Shown here one piece after another: positions 43,381 to 54,236 of a stretch of DNA of 64,000 nucleotides. The position numbers and the translations under genes are program-made. Below the pieces are notes generated by a model. That model worked only from the letters and a program-made list of their open reading frames with translations, was not told where the DNA came from and ran no database searches. The stretch covers positions 1 through 64,000 of the forward strand of contig MU005997.1 in assembly GCA_010093745.1 (NCBI GenBank), given 5' to 3'. This DNA is from Piedraia hortae CBS 480.64 (taxonomy: Eukaryota). Every line of letters begins with the position of its first letter. The first letter of the stretch is position 1.

Positions 43381-45456
43381 CTACCTCCACGGCCCATCTG
43401 GCCTCCATTTGGCCAAAGCTTTTCGTAGAATTTTCGTAGCCGTTCCTTCCTTATCCTCGTCCCGTTTGCCGAGGTCGGTGTAGATGCTTTGCATGAGGTC
43501 CAGGGCAGGTTCCCTGACTGGTGGTTTCCAAAGGACGAGGTAGTAGAGTGCGTTTGCGGCTGTGGCGACGCGGTCGGGGTCATCTGCGATTTTCTTGACG
43601 AGGGTAAAATGCTCTTTGAAGAGACAGGGGATTTCGGAGAGGAAGCGGGTGAGGTACCTGGTGTCTGTGGAGTCGAGGTAGATTGAGAGGTTGGATAGAA
43701 GGGTGAGCGATGTGTGTGCGTATGAGGCGACTTGCTTTGCTGTTGGGGTTTTACTCTCGTTTGAACTTCGCCAGCGGACCATGTCCGCGTACCATTCCTC
43801 GTTACACCATGCTATTGCTACGTCGAGGTTTCGTCGCCAGTCATTCATGATGTAGTTCATTAAGAAGGAGCGGATAAAGGTCTGGATTGTCTGCGATTTG
43901 GGACTTGCTGGCCCTGGTTCCCCTATGCGTGTTGCGAGCCGGATAAGCAGTGTTACCCACGCTTCTCGGTCGGTTCCAATCGTTGCTACGTAGTTGAAGC
44001 CGCTGGTCTCGGCCTTTTTGGTGGTTGCAAACATTTTGAGATCCTGCTCCAATCGCTGAGCGACGCTCTTACGGCAAAAGTCACGCTCCATGTTGGTCAT
44101 GGGCCCTGGACGCTCCAGTCTGGTGATGTTTACAAATTCCTCCCTCTTGCCGCCATCGTCAACGAGGGCGGGATCATAGTCACCGTCATCAGAGAGGGGG
44201 GAAAGAGGCGGCCGTCTTTCGACTTCTAAATACCTCGTTCGCACAGCGTTGATGGCCGCATTCAGCCGTGACGTGTCAATCGAGTTGAGCAGCGGCCCCG
44301 TGAGCCTCACCATGACCTCCTGCGGCAGCGTTTTCACGTTAAAAGAGATGATGCCGGGGTCAGTAGTAAGGGTGAAGAGTTGAGCTACGGTGACCGGACC
44401 AGGCGGAAGAGGAGGAATTGTGATGCCGCCGGCTGTTCCGTTGCTTGCCTCAAGGTCAAGTTTTCGCCGCTTAGCATTGTCCAGCCCGTCAATCGGTTCG
44501 TCCAGGCCCGACTTGCGCTTTCCTACACCAACTTCAGCCGCCATCTCGTTCAGTCCTTGACGAAGCTGATCTACGCGCTGCTGGATCCTTCCACCTTGTG
44601 CATGACTAGGCGTTCGTTTGTGCACGTTGATCAACAGCGACATTGTTGTTCTCGCCATGCCCTTTACAGAGAGCTTATCTCTACCTGACATTGGTGGGCT
44701 ACGGGCAAGCATAAAGGGGTCGAAGTTGAGCAACGCATTCAATATCTTGCCCGAAACGCTCATACGACGCTGCAGCAAGACAGACAAGCCGTTCAAAGTA
44801 GCCGTGACAAGCAACGCATCTGTACTGTTCTCCTGCATTCCGGCCAACAGACGATCCAGCAGACCACTAGCTTCGGCTTCCAGGTTGGCGTACGAGAGCA
44901 CCGAGTGGTCTCGCGGCACCGACAGCAGGCTTATCTCAAACGTTTCGGGCTTCCTAGGGTCCGGCACGGCACCCGGAGTCTGCATCTGGACGACACGCGT
45001 AGCAAACTTGATGCAGCATATCCTCACACCGGCGGGGCCGTCGTCCATTCGGCGGAGGATATTTGCCTTGACAGCGGTCATCTTGGACCACGCGGCTTCA
45101 TCGGGATTTTGCACATTATGGCTAAACACAAGAGGGTAAAGGCTGGCGGCGCACTGCACGGCAGATTTGACAACGGCTGGGTCCTCATCTTCGCCAAACG
45201 CGTCTCGCCGAGCGAGATAGCCGTTTACGGTGTCAAGCACAGAAAGACTCAGCTTCAGCTTCTCCTCTGCGCGAAATACGGGAGACGCAAACGCCTCCGC
45301 GAGAAAGTCTGATCCCCATCGCCGCAACGAGACGTGTGCCTGAGGACTGATGACGTTTAGAATGCCTGGCACAACTTGGGCGTAAATGGCCACATCATTG
45401 AGACAGATGCGTCGTGCCTGCTCTAGCTGACGGAGCGTCTTTTGCACATCAACCAT
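43381..45456 (-). CDS. PTA1: mRNA cleavage/polyadenylation factor Pta1 (symplekin-like)
   Basis: LRRWGSDFLAEAFASP, VVKSAVQCAASLYPLVF, GVRICCIKF..VVQMQTPG, LEAEASGLLDRLL, AIAWCNEEWYAD. Confidence 0.88.
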   Translation of the reverse strand: MVDVQKTLRQLEQARRICLNDVAIYAQVVPGILNVISPQAHVSLRRWGSDFLAEAFASPVFRAEEKLKLSLSVLDTVNGYLARRDAFGEDEDPAVVKSAVQCAASLYPLVFSHNVQNPDEAAWSKMTAVKANILRRMDDGPAGVRICCIKFATRVVQMQTPGAVPDPRKPETFEISLLSVPRDHSVLSYANLEAEASGLLDRLLAGMQENSTDALLVTATLNGLSVLLQRRMSVSGKILNALLNFDPFMLARSPPMSGRDKLSVKGMARTTMSLLINVHKRTPSHAQGGRIQQRVDQLRQGLNEMAAEVGVGKRKSGLDEPIDGLDNAKRRKLDLEASNGTAGGITIPPLPPGPVTVAQLFTLTTDPGIISFNVKTLPQEVMVRLTGPLLNSIDTSRLNAAINAVRTRYLEVERRPPLSPLSDDGDYDPALVDDGGKREEFVNITRLERPGPMTNMERDFCRKSVAQRLEQDLKMFATTKKAETSGFNYVATIGTDREAWVTLLIRLATRIGEPGPASPKSQTIQTFIRSFLMNYIMNDWRRNLDVAIAWCNEEWYADMVRWRSSNESKTPTAKQVASYAHTSLTLLSNLSIYLDSTDTRYLTRFLSEIPCLFKEHFTLVKKIADDPDRVATAANALYYLVLWKPPVREPALDLMQSIYTDLGKRDEDKEGTATKILRKALAKWRPDGPWR

Positions 45457-45607
45457 GACTGTTCTACATGCGATATGTGTTGGTTGTGCCGTAGGGCGAT
45501 GTTGAGGTTTCCCGGCACGGACCGGTCGGGCCGAAGCGGGATGTAAGCGGAATATTGCCCGCTAATGGACAGCAGGACCTCAAACGATTGACCACAAATC
45601 AGGCAGA

Positions 45608-45921
45608 ATGCCCTTTGTGCGGCAAGTTGCTCCACAGCTTCGCTCGACATAAGCTGACGGCAGGATAGTCTCCCAGAAGCGTCCTACTACGATGCCAGGA
45701 ACCGGCAGGGAGCGTCCCTCATCCGCGCACGACAGCCATATCTCATCAAGAACGCCGTCACAGGCTTGACGCTCGCCGGCTTTGGCCTGGCAGTGTTCAT
45801 GTACACGATTCGCGTCATCGGCCAAGATGACTTTTCCGACGTCCCCATCCCCGACGCCCCCGTCAATCCGCCACAGACGCCAAACGCGAGCGTCGTTAAG
45901 AGTGCGGGCCCGTCACGATAA
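45608..45921 (+). CDS. COA3: Cytochrome c oxidase assembly factor Coa3, 2 exons
   Basis: MPF|DSLPEASYYDARNRQGASLIRARQPYLIKNAVTGLTLAGFGLAVFMYTIRVIGQDDFSDVPIP..*. Intron ~45617-45663. Confidence 0.82.
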
Positions 45922-45998
45922 GAGGAGGGAAAGCACCCAATCTAGCTTGTCATTCACTATATTATTTACGGCTGGCTTTGTACACCTCTAACTGTACA

Positions 45999-47841
45999 TC
46001 AGAAATCAAATTCGCCCCTCAGAGAGTCAATATCCATATCAGGCCCAACCTTTTCCGCAAGATCCTTCCGCGACATGTGCGTAAAAACCCTTCTCAGAGT
46101 TTCGTACAGGTTCGTCGACTGGTTATGGTGCAGTAAGTTTTCTACAGCGGCAGCATCTGCATTGTTTCCATTGCCATGGCCAAGGAGCTCGGCGGCTTTT
46201 GCCCGACCTTCGGATTCCTGGACATGGTGCATGGATAATGCGCCGAGCAGGTGACCGGCGGCAGACTCAAATGCACGCAGATTGATGCACGACACGCCCA
46301 GATTGTAACGCGCACGTACAAAATTGGGCCGCAGCTCCAGTGCGCGCTCATAAGCCTGGATGGCCTCCTCGGACTGGTTGCTGTTAGCCAGCGTTGCTCC
46401 GAGGCGGTTCCAGAGGAGATGTTCCTCGCCCTCACGCTTCAAAGAACCATGTTGGTGGCTGTTGAGCGCCGCCTCGAAGCAGTCGACGGCCTTTTCGTGC
46501 TCGTCCGAGCCGTAAAACAAGACACCCAGTCCGACCTGGACGTCCACATCTACGTTGCCCTCGGGATTCATCTGGGCGGCTTTCAAGAAAAGCTCTACCA
46601 CACGTTCGTGCAGCTTCTCCCTTTCGGTGAAACCCATTTCCTCATCTTCTATTCCCCGTGGCTTGACGCCAAGCTGGGGATATTTGATGCTAATCCACCT
46701 CTCCAGTGTCCGATACGAGAGGGTTTCGTAGCTCTCGTTTGTGTAACTGACGCTGAGCGCCATGAGGGCCTCCAAGTTGTCCGGCTCCAGCTTCAGAGCC
46801 TGTTGCAGGGCACGGATTGCCGGCGCCTCTTTCTCGTTCTGTGCCTGTGCTTGTCCCAGCGCAACCCAGGCCTCGACGTGCTCGGGTTCCTTTTGCACTG
46901 CCGCTTCAAAGGCCAACGCTGCCAACGACAAATTGCCGCCCTCGCGCATTATCTTCTGCCCCTCCTCAAACGCATTCGGAACATCGTTGAATAAATTGTT
47001 CTCCTCGAACATGTACTGTCCCAGATTTGCCTCTCGCGTGGTTGAATGATCCAAACCGAAGCCCAAATTCTCAAAGTCGTCCCAGTTGGCATACTCTTGA
47101 TCGAAGTGCACGGAGTTGAACATTGACCTGCGCGCCCGTCAGCGTTACTTGAACATGGCTTTCTACAGCCACTTACTCGTCCACAGAGCTCAAATCTCGC
47201 TCAATTGCAGCATCCATTTCTTTGGTGCTTGAATTTTGGTCTGACGTGCTGAGCTCTTCAAACTGCTTTTCCCAGTCGCTATCGTTGAGCTCCTGCACCC
47301 TTGACTTGCCCATCCCAGTGTGCTGTGCAGGCCCAAATTGAGACTGCATGCCAGGAAATCCAAGTCTTGAACCGAACATGGGGCGTGCAAAGGCCGACGG
47401 TGCCATTGAACTGCTTTGCACCCCTCCCAGCGACTGTTGCCTGAACTGGGCAAAGTCCTGAGGACTGAATGCGGCAGGTGCCATGGAGGGGTGATGATGT
47501 TGCATCTGCTGGGGCGCATTGGCAAACTCCCCAGCCCATCCTTGGCCGGCTCCGCTTTCCACTCTTGAAGCCTGCTGCGCCATATGAAGCTGCTGTAGAT
47601 AACCACCATCGTTTATCTGATCCAGCGGTGCTCCATTTTGCTGTCCAAGGAACTCGGAGAACCCGGCATTTGCCTCGTTCGACGGCAGCTGCGAATTGCT
47701 TCGGAACCCAGCTCCCGCGAGCGGCGAGTTGTTTTGGCGCAGACGATCGCGCTGGAGAGACGAGTCTGTGCTTGTCTGCTTATGGAACTGGGCGAGGGGA
47801 TTCGCGGCTGTGGAACACTCGGCGCCTCCAAGAAACGACAT
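45999..47841 (-). CDS. PEX5: Peroxisomal PTS1 receptor Pex5, 2 exons
   Basis: MSFLGGAECSTAANPL (conserved Cys), WAGEF/WEKQF/WDDF WxxxF-like motifs, TPR domain (LWNRLGATLANS..PNFVRARYNLGVSC). Intron ~47128-47176. Confidence 0.95.
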
Positions 47842-48070
47842 TGTTGAATTGGCCGTCGTCCCTCTACCGAGGCGCCTCGATGCCTGCCCCGGAACGAGGC
47901 GCTGCCATCACGTGTGAAAAAAGTTACATTACGTCATGCCGATAGGAGCGACATTGCGTCATTTCACGTTTGGCAAGTGCAGGTGGTGAATGTATAGCTG
48001 AGAGATTAGTTTGCACAACTATCAAAACACTTCCCAATGTACATTCCCCGATATACACTCCCCGATGCCT

Positions 48071-48968
48071 TTACCTTTCCCGGAATTCGGAGAAGTTAAC
48101 TCGCAGCGTCCGGCCAAAAAGCTCCTTCTTCTGCAAAATCTCCTTGGCTTCCGAGGCGTCTTCAATGTTCCTGAAATCAACGTGGCAGAAACCACGAGGT
48201 TGGCCTGTGCGGCGATCAACAGCCACGCGAATCTTTTCGCACTTTACGTCCTGGAAAAGATCTAAAGAGGGTCAGCTGGCGGATCCCATTGGAGACACAA
48301 ACACGTACTGTTCAGGTCCGCATCACTTATCTGGTAACTCATGTTTCCAATGAACAAGGTCCTGCTGGGCGGATGCACCTCGCGGTCCTTGTGCAGACTG
48401 GCAAGATCCGCCTTTGAATCTTTTTTCCCCTTGGGATTGTGATATTGCATTGACAGCTTGCGAGCGTAGAAGATGTACCCATCTCGCTCCAGCGCCTCGT
48501 CCGCTTCCGCTTGAGTCTCAAACTCAATGTACCCGAAACCTCTGCTCTCTCCATTGGGATTCCTTACGATCCTCGTCTTGATGACGTTGCCGAATTGGCT
48601 GAACTCCTCCTTCAGCTTCTCTTCCGTGAGGCCATAGTATAGGTTTCCCACCCAAAGTACGCGAGACGGTTTGAGTTCCCGCGGTTGCTCTTCGAAGTGT
48701 GACAGCGCATCGCTCTCGGGGTCCTTGGCGACCGCCTCCTTCTCCACAGATTCTGGTGCCGCGTTATTCGCATCTGCACGCAGGAGAGATTTGTGAAATG
48801 ATCGACTCGCGATGACAGGTTTGGTGGTGATGATGGTGAAGGCCGGACGAACCGTTGGGGATGCCTGGCGAGAAGATTGCCGAGCGGCCGCACGCAGGAT
48901 CGTGTTTCTGAGAGAAAGCCTGCGCCAGTGTCAATACAGAGCTCAGTCAGGGGTCATTATCCATACAT
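48071..48968 (-). CDS. Mitochondria-targeted two-RRM RNA-binding protein, 3 exons (split start codon)
   Basis: AT|G LSLRNTILRAAARQSS presequence; RRM1 LWVGNL..RGFGYIEF; RRM2 TLFIGNMS..|..RVAVDRRTGQPRGFCHVDF. Introns 48920-48966 and ~48262-48309. Confidence 0.82.
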
Positions 48969-49103
48969 TTTGATGGTGCTGAGACGGGTTTTCTTGAGAA
49001 ATTTTTGCGACGACGTTCAGTGCGGAGAATTCCGGTGCGGGTGCTCCCACCGCGGAATGAAGCCGCCAGCTGTTCATCCAATTCCACCGCAGCAGCAACA
49101 ATT

Positions 49104-51593
49104 ATGGCGGCCTCCCAGGCGCTCGATGGCCCTGGCGACTTCTTTTTCAAGGGGGAAACTGGTCGCAATACTAGAGGCCTCCTACGGCTGATAATTCTAT
49201 TGACAATCGCAGCAGCAGCTGTTGTCAGTCGACTGTTCTCCGTCATTCGCTTCGAGAGTATCATTCATGAATGTAAGAGCCTTGTTTTCGACTGTCCTTG
49301 CAGAGACTGACTGAACAGTCGATCCATGGTTCAACTTTCGGGCAACGAAATACCTAGTGACCCATGGATTTTCTAATTTCTGGGATTGGTTCGATGATCG
49401 TAGGTGTTCAATGATAGCCTCGTTTGGTCGCTAAAGCGAGGTAGGAACATGGCATCCGCTTGGTCGTGTTACCGGAGGTACATTGTACCCAGGTCTCATG
49501 GTCACGTCTGGTGTTATCTATCATCTCCTTCGACTCCTAGCACTTCCTGTTGACATTCGAAACATCTGTGTATTACTGGCACCTGGATTTTCTGGCCTCA
49601 CAGCCTTTGCCTCGTACCTGCTCACGTCAGAAATGAGTGATAGCCCTTCAGCTGGACTGCTAGCAGCAATCTTCATGGGCATCTCACCTGGATACATCAG
49701 TCGGAGTGTTGCTGGCAGCTACGACAATGAGGCCATTGCTATTTTTTTGTTGGTCTTTACCTTTTACCTCTGGGTCAGAGCTGTGAAGGAAGGCAGTATT
49801 ATGTGGGGCGCCTTGTGTGCTCTCTTCTACGGCTACATGGTCAGTGCCTGGGGTGGATACGTGTTCATCACGAATCTGCTGCCGTTGCACGCATTTGTGC
49901 TCATCTGCATGGGGCGGTTCAGCCCGAGGTTGTATGTCAGCTATACAACATGGTACGCCTTGGGTACACTGGCTAGCATGCAGATTCCATTTGTTGGTTT
50001 CCTGCCCATCAGGTCTAGCGACCACATGGCGGCCCTAGGTCGGTGAATGCCTGCTGAGTCTAGGATCCAGCTAATCGAAGATATAGGCGTGTTTGGTCTC
50101 ATCCAGCTCGTGGGATTTGCAGAATTTGTTCGCACCAAGTTGCCTTCAAAGCAATTTCAGACCTTCCTCTGGGGCGCTGTTGGTGTGCTGACGGCCGCAG
50201 CGTTCATGGCATTAATCCTGCTCACCGTCAGCGGAATTATTGCACCTTGGTCTGGCCGCTTCTATTCGCTTTGGGACACAGGATATGCCAAGATCCACAT
50301 TCCCATCATCGCCTCGGTGTCTGAGCATCAGCCAACAGCATGGCCAGCGTTTTTCTTTGACCTCAACATGCTGATATGGCTGTTTCCAGCCGGAGTCTAC
50401 ATGTGTTTCCGGAACCTCCGGGATGAGCAAGTGTTTATCGTTATCTACGCTGTGCTAGCATCCTACTTTGCAGGAGTCATGGTACGTTTGATGCTGACCT
50501 TGACTCCGGTGGTATGCGTTGCCGCTGCCATGGCGCTCAGTCAGATTCTCGACACCTACTTGGTCGTCGCTTCTCCTGATGAGAAAGATGCACCCAAATC
50601 CAGTGGCCCAATGAACAAAGCTGGTGGCCTGCCCACCAATGACCTCAGGGAAAAGCTGGCGGCCGCTCTCCCTGCCACTTTGAGGTCGACCAAGGCCCCG
50701 CTCGTCGGCATCTACTCTAACCTTTCCAAGGCGATGACGACGTTTACCGTCATGTGCTACCTCTGCCTATTTGTACTCCACTGTACATGGGTGACGTCGA
50801 ATGCGTACAGCTCGCCCTCGGTTGTCTTGGCGTCGAGGATGCCAGATGGGTCACAACACATTATCGATGATTACAGAGAGGCTTACTACTGGCTGCGGCA
50901 GAACACGGCACCAACAGCAAAAGTAATGTCATGGTGGGACTATGGCTATCAGATTGGTGGCATGGCCGATAGACCCACACTGGTTGACAACAATACGTGG
51001 AACAACACACACATTGCCACTGTTGGCAAAGCCATGTCCAGTCGAGAGGAAGTTTCTTATCCCATTATGAAACAACATGAGGTCGACTATGTCCTGGTCG
51101 TGTTTGGCGGTCTGCTTGGGTACTCGGGCGATGACATTAACAAATTCCTCTGGATGGTTCGGATTGCTGAAGGTGAGTGGCATTCCTTGTCTGAGGTAAA
51201 GCTGACAATCGTTACGTAGGCATTTGGCCTGATGAGGTCAAAGAACGCAATTATTTCACCAACCGGGGTGAATATCGCGTCGACGACGAGGCCACGCCAA
51301 CGATGCGCAACAGCTTGATGTACAAGATGTCGTACTACAACTACAACAGCCTCTTCCCTCCGGGCCAGGCCATGGACCGCGTTCGCGGCTCTCGTATGCC
51401 AGCTAATGGGCCCGAGCTCAGCACGGTGGAAGAGGCATTTACTAGCGAAAACTGGATCATTCGGATCTACAAGGTCAAGGACGTGGACAATCTTGGGCGC
51501 AGTCACCAAGACGCCACCAGCTTTGACAAGGGAAGTAAGAGGAAGCGCACGGGAGTTAAGAGACGAGGGCCGCGTAGTTTGAGGGTGGAGTAG
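49104..51593 (+). CDS. STT3: Oligosaccharyltransferase catalytic subunit Stt3, 5 exons
   Basis: [51 protein letters not shown]; four short GT-AG introns. Confidence 0.97.
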
Positions 51594-51653
51594 TACAACT
51601 GAAGTAATCTGAGCCAAAGAAGGGGTGGGGGGGTTTCATAGCCCCCACCCACG

Positions 51654-51720
51654 AAGCCTTGCCTGGTAATTTTAAAAGACGATCGTCCAAGCCGTGCCTG
51701 GGTAATTTAAAGAGACGATC
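51654..51720. repeat. Imperfect ~35-bp tandem duplication upstream of the 51749 gene
   Basis: AAGCCTTGCCTGGTAATTTTAAAAGACGATC followed by AAGCCGTGCCTGGGTAATTTAAAGAGACGATC. Confidence 0.75.
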
Positions 51721-51748
51721 TTAACAGTTCCCTCTCCAACACTCCAAC

Positions 51749-52678
51749 ATGGAAACAATTCGTGATATTGGATTAGACATCAAGGGCGTCCCTCACACGT
51801 TTTCGTCATGGAACACTTGCATGACCAAGATGTACTGCAAATGGCCGGCCATTGTAGGCATCCTGATCGGCAGCCTGATCGTACTTTCCATTCTCTTTTG
51901 CGTTGGAAGTTGTTTGGCCAGAGGCGGCCGGTGTTGCTGCGACTGCTGCTCCTGCCTTACGCGATGCTGTCGGGGCAGTTCTCGCCCCCATCAAACTGTC
52001 GTGTATCAACAGCCTCCGCCGCAACAGTATGCGCCACCCGCGCAGCCAGTCTACCAGAGTCCAGCGCAGCCAGTCTCTCAGAGCCAAGCGCCTCCTCCTT
52101 ATCAAGCCGCTGCTCCGCCTTCCAGACCGCCCGTTGTACCGGTCCCCCTGAAAAGCGTTAATGACGATGCGCTCCCTCATATGCCCAGCTGGGACACTTC
52201 GACCAGCAGGCGCGTAGAAGAGATCCCGCTGCAGGAGCAACAGCCTTATGCGGGACAGCAATCTCATACTCCTGCGTATGGGCACGAGCCTCACCCTGCT
52301 GCCTATGAACAACAACCTCACATTGCTGCCCATGGACAGCAATCCCACACCGCAGCCTATGCGCAACAACATCATCCACTGGCACAAAACCAGCCTGCTC
52401 CACACCTCCAGGATCCCATGGACTATCACTCGGGCTATCCACAACAACAATATGCTTCGCAAGCTGCGAATCCCATGACCAGGAGTCACCACGACTACGC
52501 TTATCTTCCTAACAATCCATATGGACAGGCTGAGGTTGGAGCATGCGAGGACCGGTACCAGGCGTACGAGCCCCAATGGGCCAATACTCGTCCAGTCTAC
52601 ACAAGCACGGGTGGAGCTCCTGCTCAGAGTTCTATGCCAGCTAGAAAACCACTACAGGGAACCTTGCCCGATGTATAA
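51749..52678 (+). CDS. Single-pass membrane protein with Cys-rich juxtamembrane segment and Pro/Gln tail
   Basis: FSSWNTCMTKMYCKWPAIVGILIG, transmembrane helix, CCCDCCSC, NDDALPHMPSW; 9-aa QQxHxxAY repeats ~52255-52375. Confidence 0.8.
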   Translation: METIRDIGLDIKGVPHTFSSWNTCMTKMYCKWPAIVGILIGSLIVLSILFCVGSCLARGGRCCCDCCSCLTRCCRGSSRPHQTVVYQQPPPQQYAPPAQPVYQSPAQPVSQSQAPPPYQAAAPPSRPPVVPVPLKSVNDDALPHMPSWDTSTSRRVEEIPLQEQQPYAGQQSHTPAYGHEPHPAAYEQQPHIAAHGQQSHTAAYAQQHHPLAQNQPAPHLQDPMDYHSGYPQQQYASQAANPMTRSHHDYAYLPNNPYGQAEVGACEDRYQAYEPQWANTRPVYTSTGGAPAQSSMPARKPLQGTLPDV

Positions 52679-52725
52679 CGTTTTAGAGCTGGACAACGCT
52701 AATATTTCATACACTTAACGCGAAA

Positions 52726-53721
52726 CTACTCTCTTCTTAAACTAAAGAGAAAAATAACCACCCACATCACAAGGTTGACGAAGACGAGAATGGTGTCAGT
52801 CCAGGTCAAAGCAATGAAACTCCCTCCAGCCTTGGCTGAGATACCAAACTCCTTGCCGAATTTGTTGACCAGATGCTCAGCCCCCACAGCCACGCCATGA
52901 GTTGCCGTCGATGCCAGAGCGAGGATAATGAGCGCCAGAGCGTTGGTCACTACATTAGCCATGGCAGGCCAGTGGCTCCTGAACGTCACTAGACCGACGA
53001 TTGCCAGCAACAAAGCCATGCCAACCAATGCAATGGCCATGACGTACAAGATCTTGGACACCTCAACGAGGTTGATATCCGAGTGGCGCGAACACTTGGA
53101 GGTGTGCCTCTTGGACGGCACCATGGGGTCGTCGCTGGCGGTTACATTGGTACCGTTGGGGTACTGGTATCTCCCCTCACACGTCGCCATTGGGTAGATG
53201 GAGTAGAATCCTTGCAGATGCAATTGTTGGACGGCACCACGGTAAGCGTCATCGATGACCTCCATAACTTTGGACTCCATTGTCGAACCGGCGCTCGCAA
53301 CGACACTCGCGCCGGCGGATTTTGCGGATTGCACCTCCGAGCTCGCGGCGCTTATGTGACTAGCGGCGGCGGCAGTCAGTTGGGCCGCATGGCTGGAGAC
53401 GGCATCGGGAATGATTGTTGGAAAGGCTCGCGATTGCTTGAGGTCTCGCTTCGCGAGGAAGTCGTTCACTTTGGTGGTGAGGTTTTGAACTTCGCCGTCG
53501 ATGGTGTCTAGCAGTGGCTCGCCGATGCGGGTTGTGTTGAGGGTGAAGATGGCATATTTCTCCAGGACGCCGGGCCTGTGGCCGGCGTACATGCACAGCA
53601 AGGACAGGATCCAGGCTACGGCAGTGATAAGGATGGAGAGGAATGTGAGGATTTGGACGATTCCCGGCTTGGGAAAGCGGCGGGTTTGGGGCTTCTTCTC
53701 GGAGCGCTTGGTGGGTAACAT
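52726..53721 (-). CDS. SUR7/PalI family tetraspan membrane protein
   Basis: TM-LCMYAG..YAIFTLNTTRIG, extracellular FYSIYPMATCEG..C motif, three C-terminal transmembrane helices. Confidence 0.8.
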   Translation of the reverse strand: MLPTKRSEKKPQTRRFPKPGIVQILTFLSILITAVAWILSLLCMYAGHRPGVLEKYAIFTLNTTRIGEPLLDTIDGEVQNLTTKVNDFLAKRDLKQSRAFPTIIPDAVSSHAAQLTAAAASHISAASSEVQSAKSAGASVVASAGSTMESKVMEVIDDAYRGAVQQLHLQGFYSIYPMATCEGRYQYPNGTNVTASDDPMVPSKRHTSKCSRHSDINLVEVSKILYVMAIALVGMALLLAIVGLVTFRSHWPAMANVVTNALALIILALASTATHGVAVGAEHLVNKFGKEFGISAKAGGSFIALTWTDTILVFVNLVMWVVIFLFSLRRE

Positions 53722-54236
53722 TGCGGTTGGAGGAGAGAGAAGGAAATGTTGGTTCTATCTAAGAGAAGGCACATGGCGTATGGGTGAAACAAAGGGTGAT
53801 TGTTCCCTTCAAGGGCGCTTGTGCTTGGGCGGCTATTCATTGTCTTGGCGGCTGTTTAGCCAATCCAGACATGTGTTTGGGCCACGAGGTGGAAGCAGTG
53901 ACCAAGGATATGTATACGTTACGAGACAGGCGCAGTCACTGGGAACATATGTGATGTATGTGTGGAAATGCGGTGAAGTCAATGTTGTGGGCTTTGTTGG
54001 GTAGGATTTTTATGAGGGCGAGGCGAAGATTGCCGCTAGCCGAAGACGTTGAGATCAGACCGGGTGGATCAAGGCCGGGCTTTTCTACATGTGCAGTGTG
54101 TTTGAGAGAATAAAAGAAGAAACCACTTGACGGGTGGTCCAGGAAAAATCCGGGCCGAACAAAAAAAGCGACTGCCACCCGATTCGGAAGGCGCGCAACG
54201 TGTAGGTGTGGGCGGCCAGCCCAACGCGCTCGCACC

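Noticed and set aside
46251..46994. Long antisense ORFs (e.g. opposite PEX5, DAP2, CYP53 and the 51749 gene)
   Set aside because: Shadow ORFs expected from GC-rich codon bias; no recognisable domains.
51654..51720. CRISPR-like repeat
   Set aside because: Only two adjacent imperfect copies, no spacers, and a eukaryotic context.
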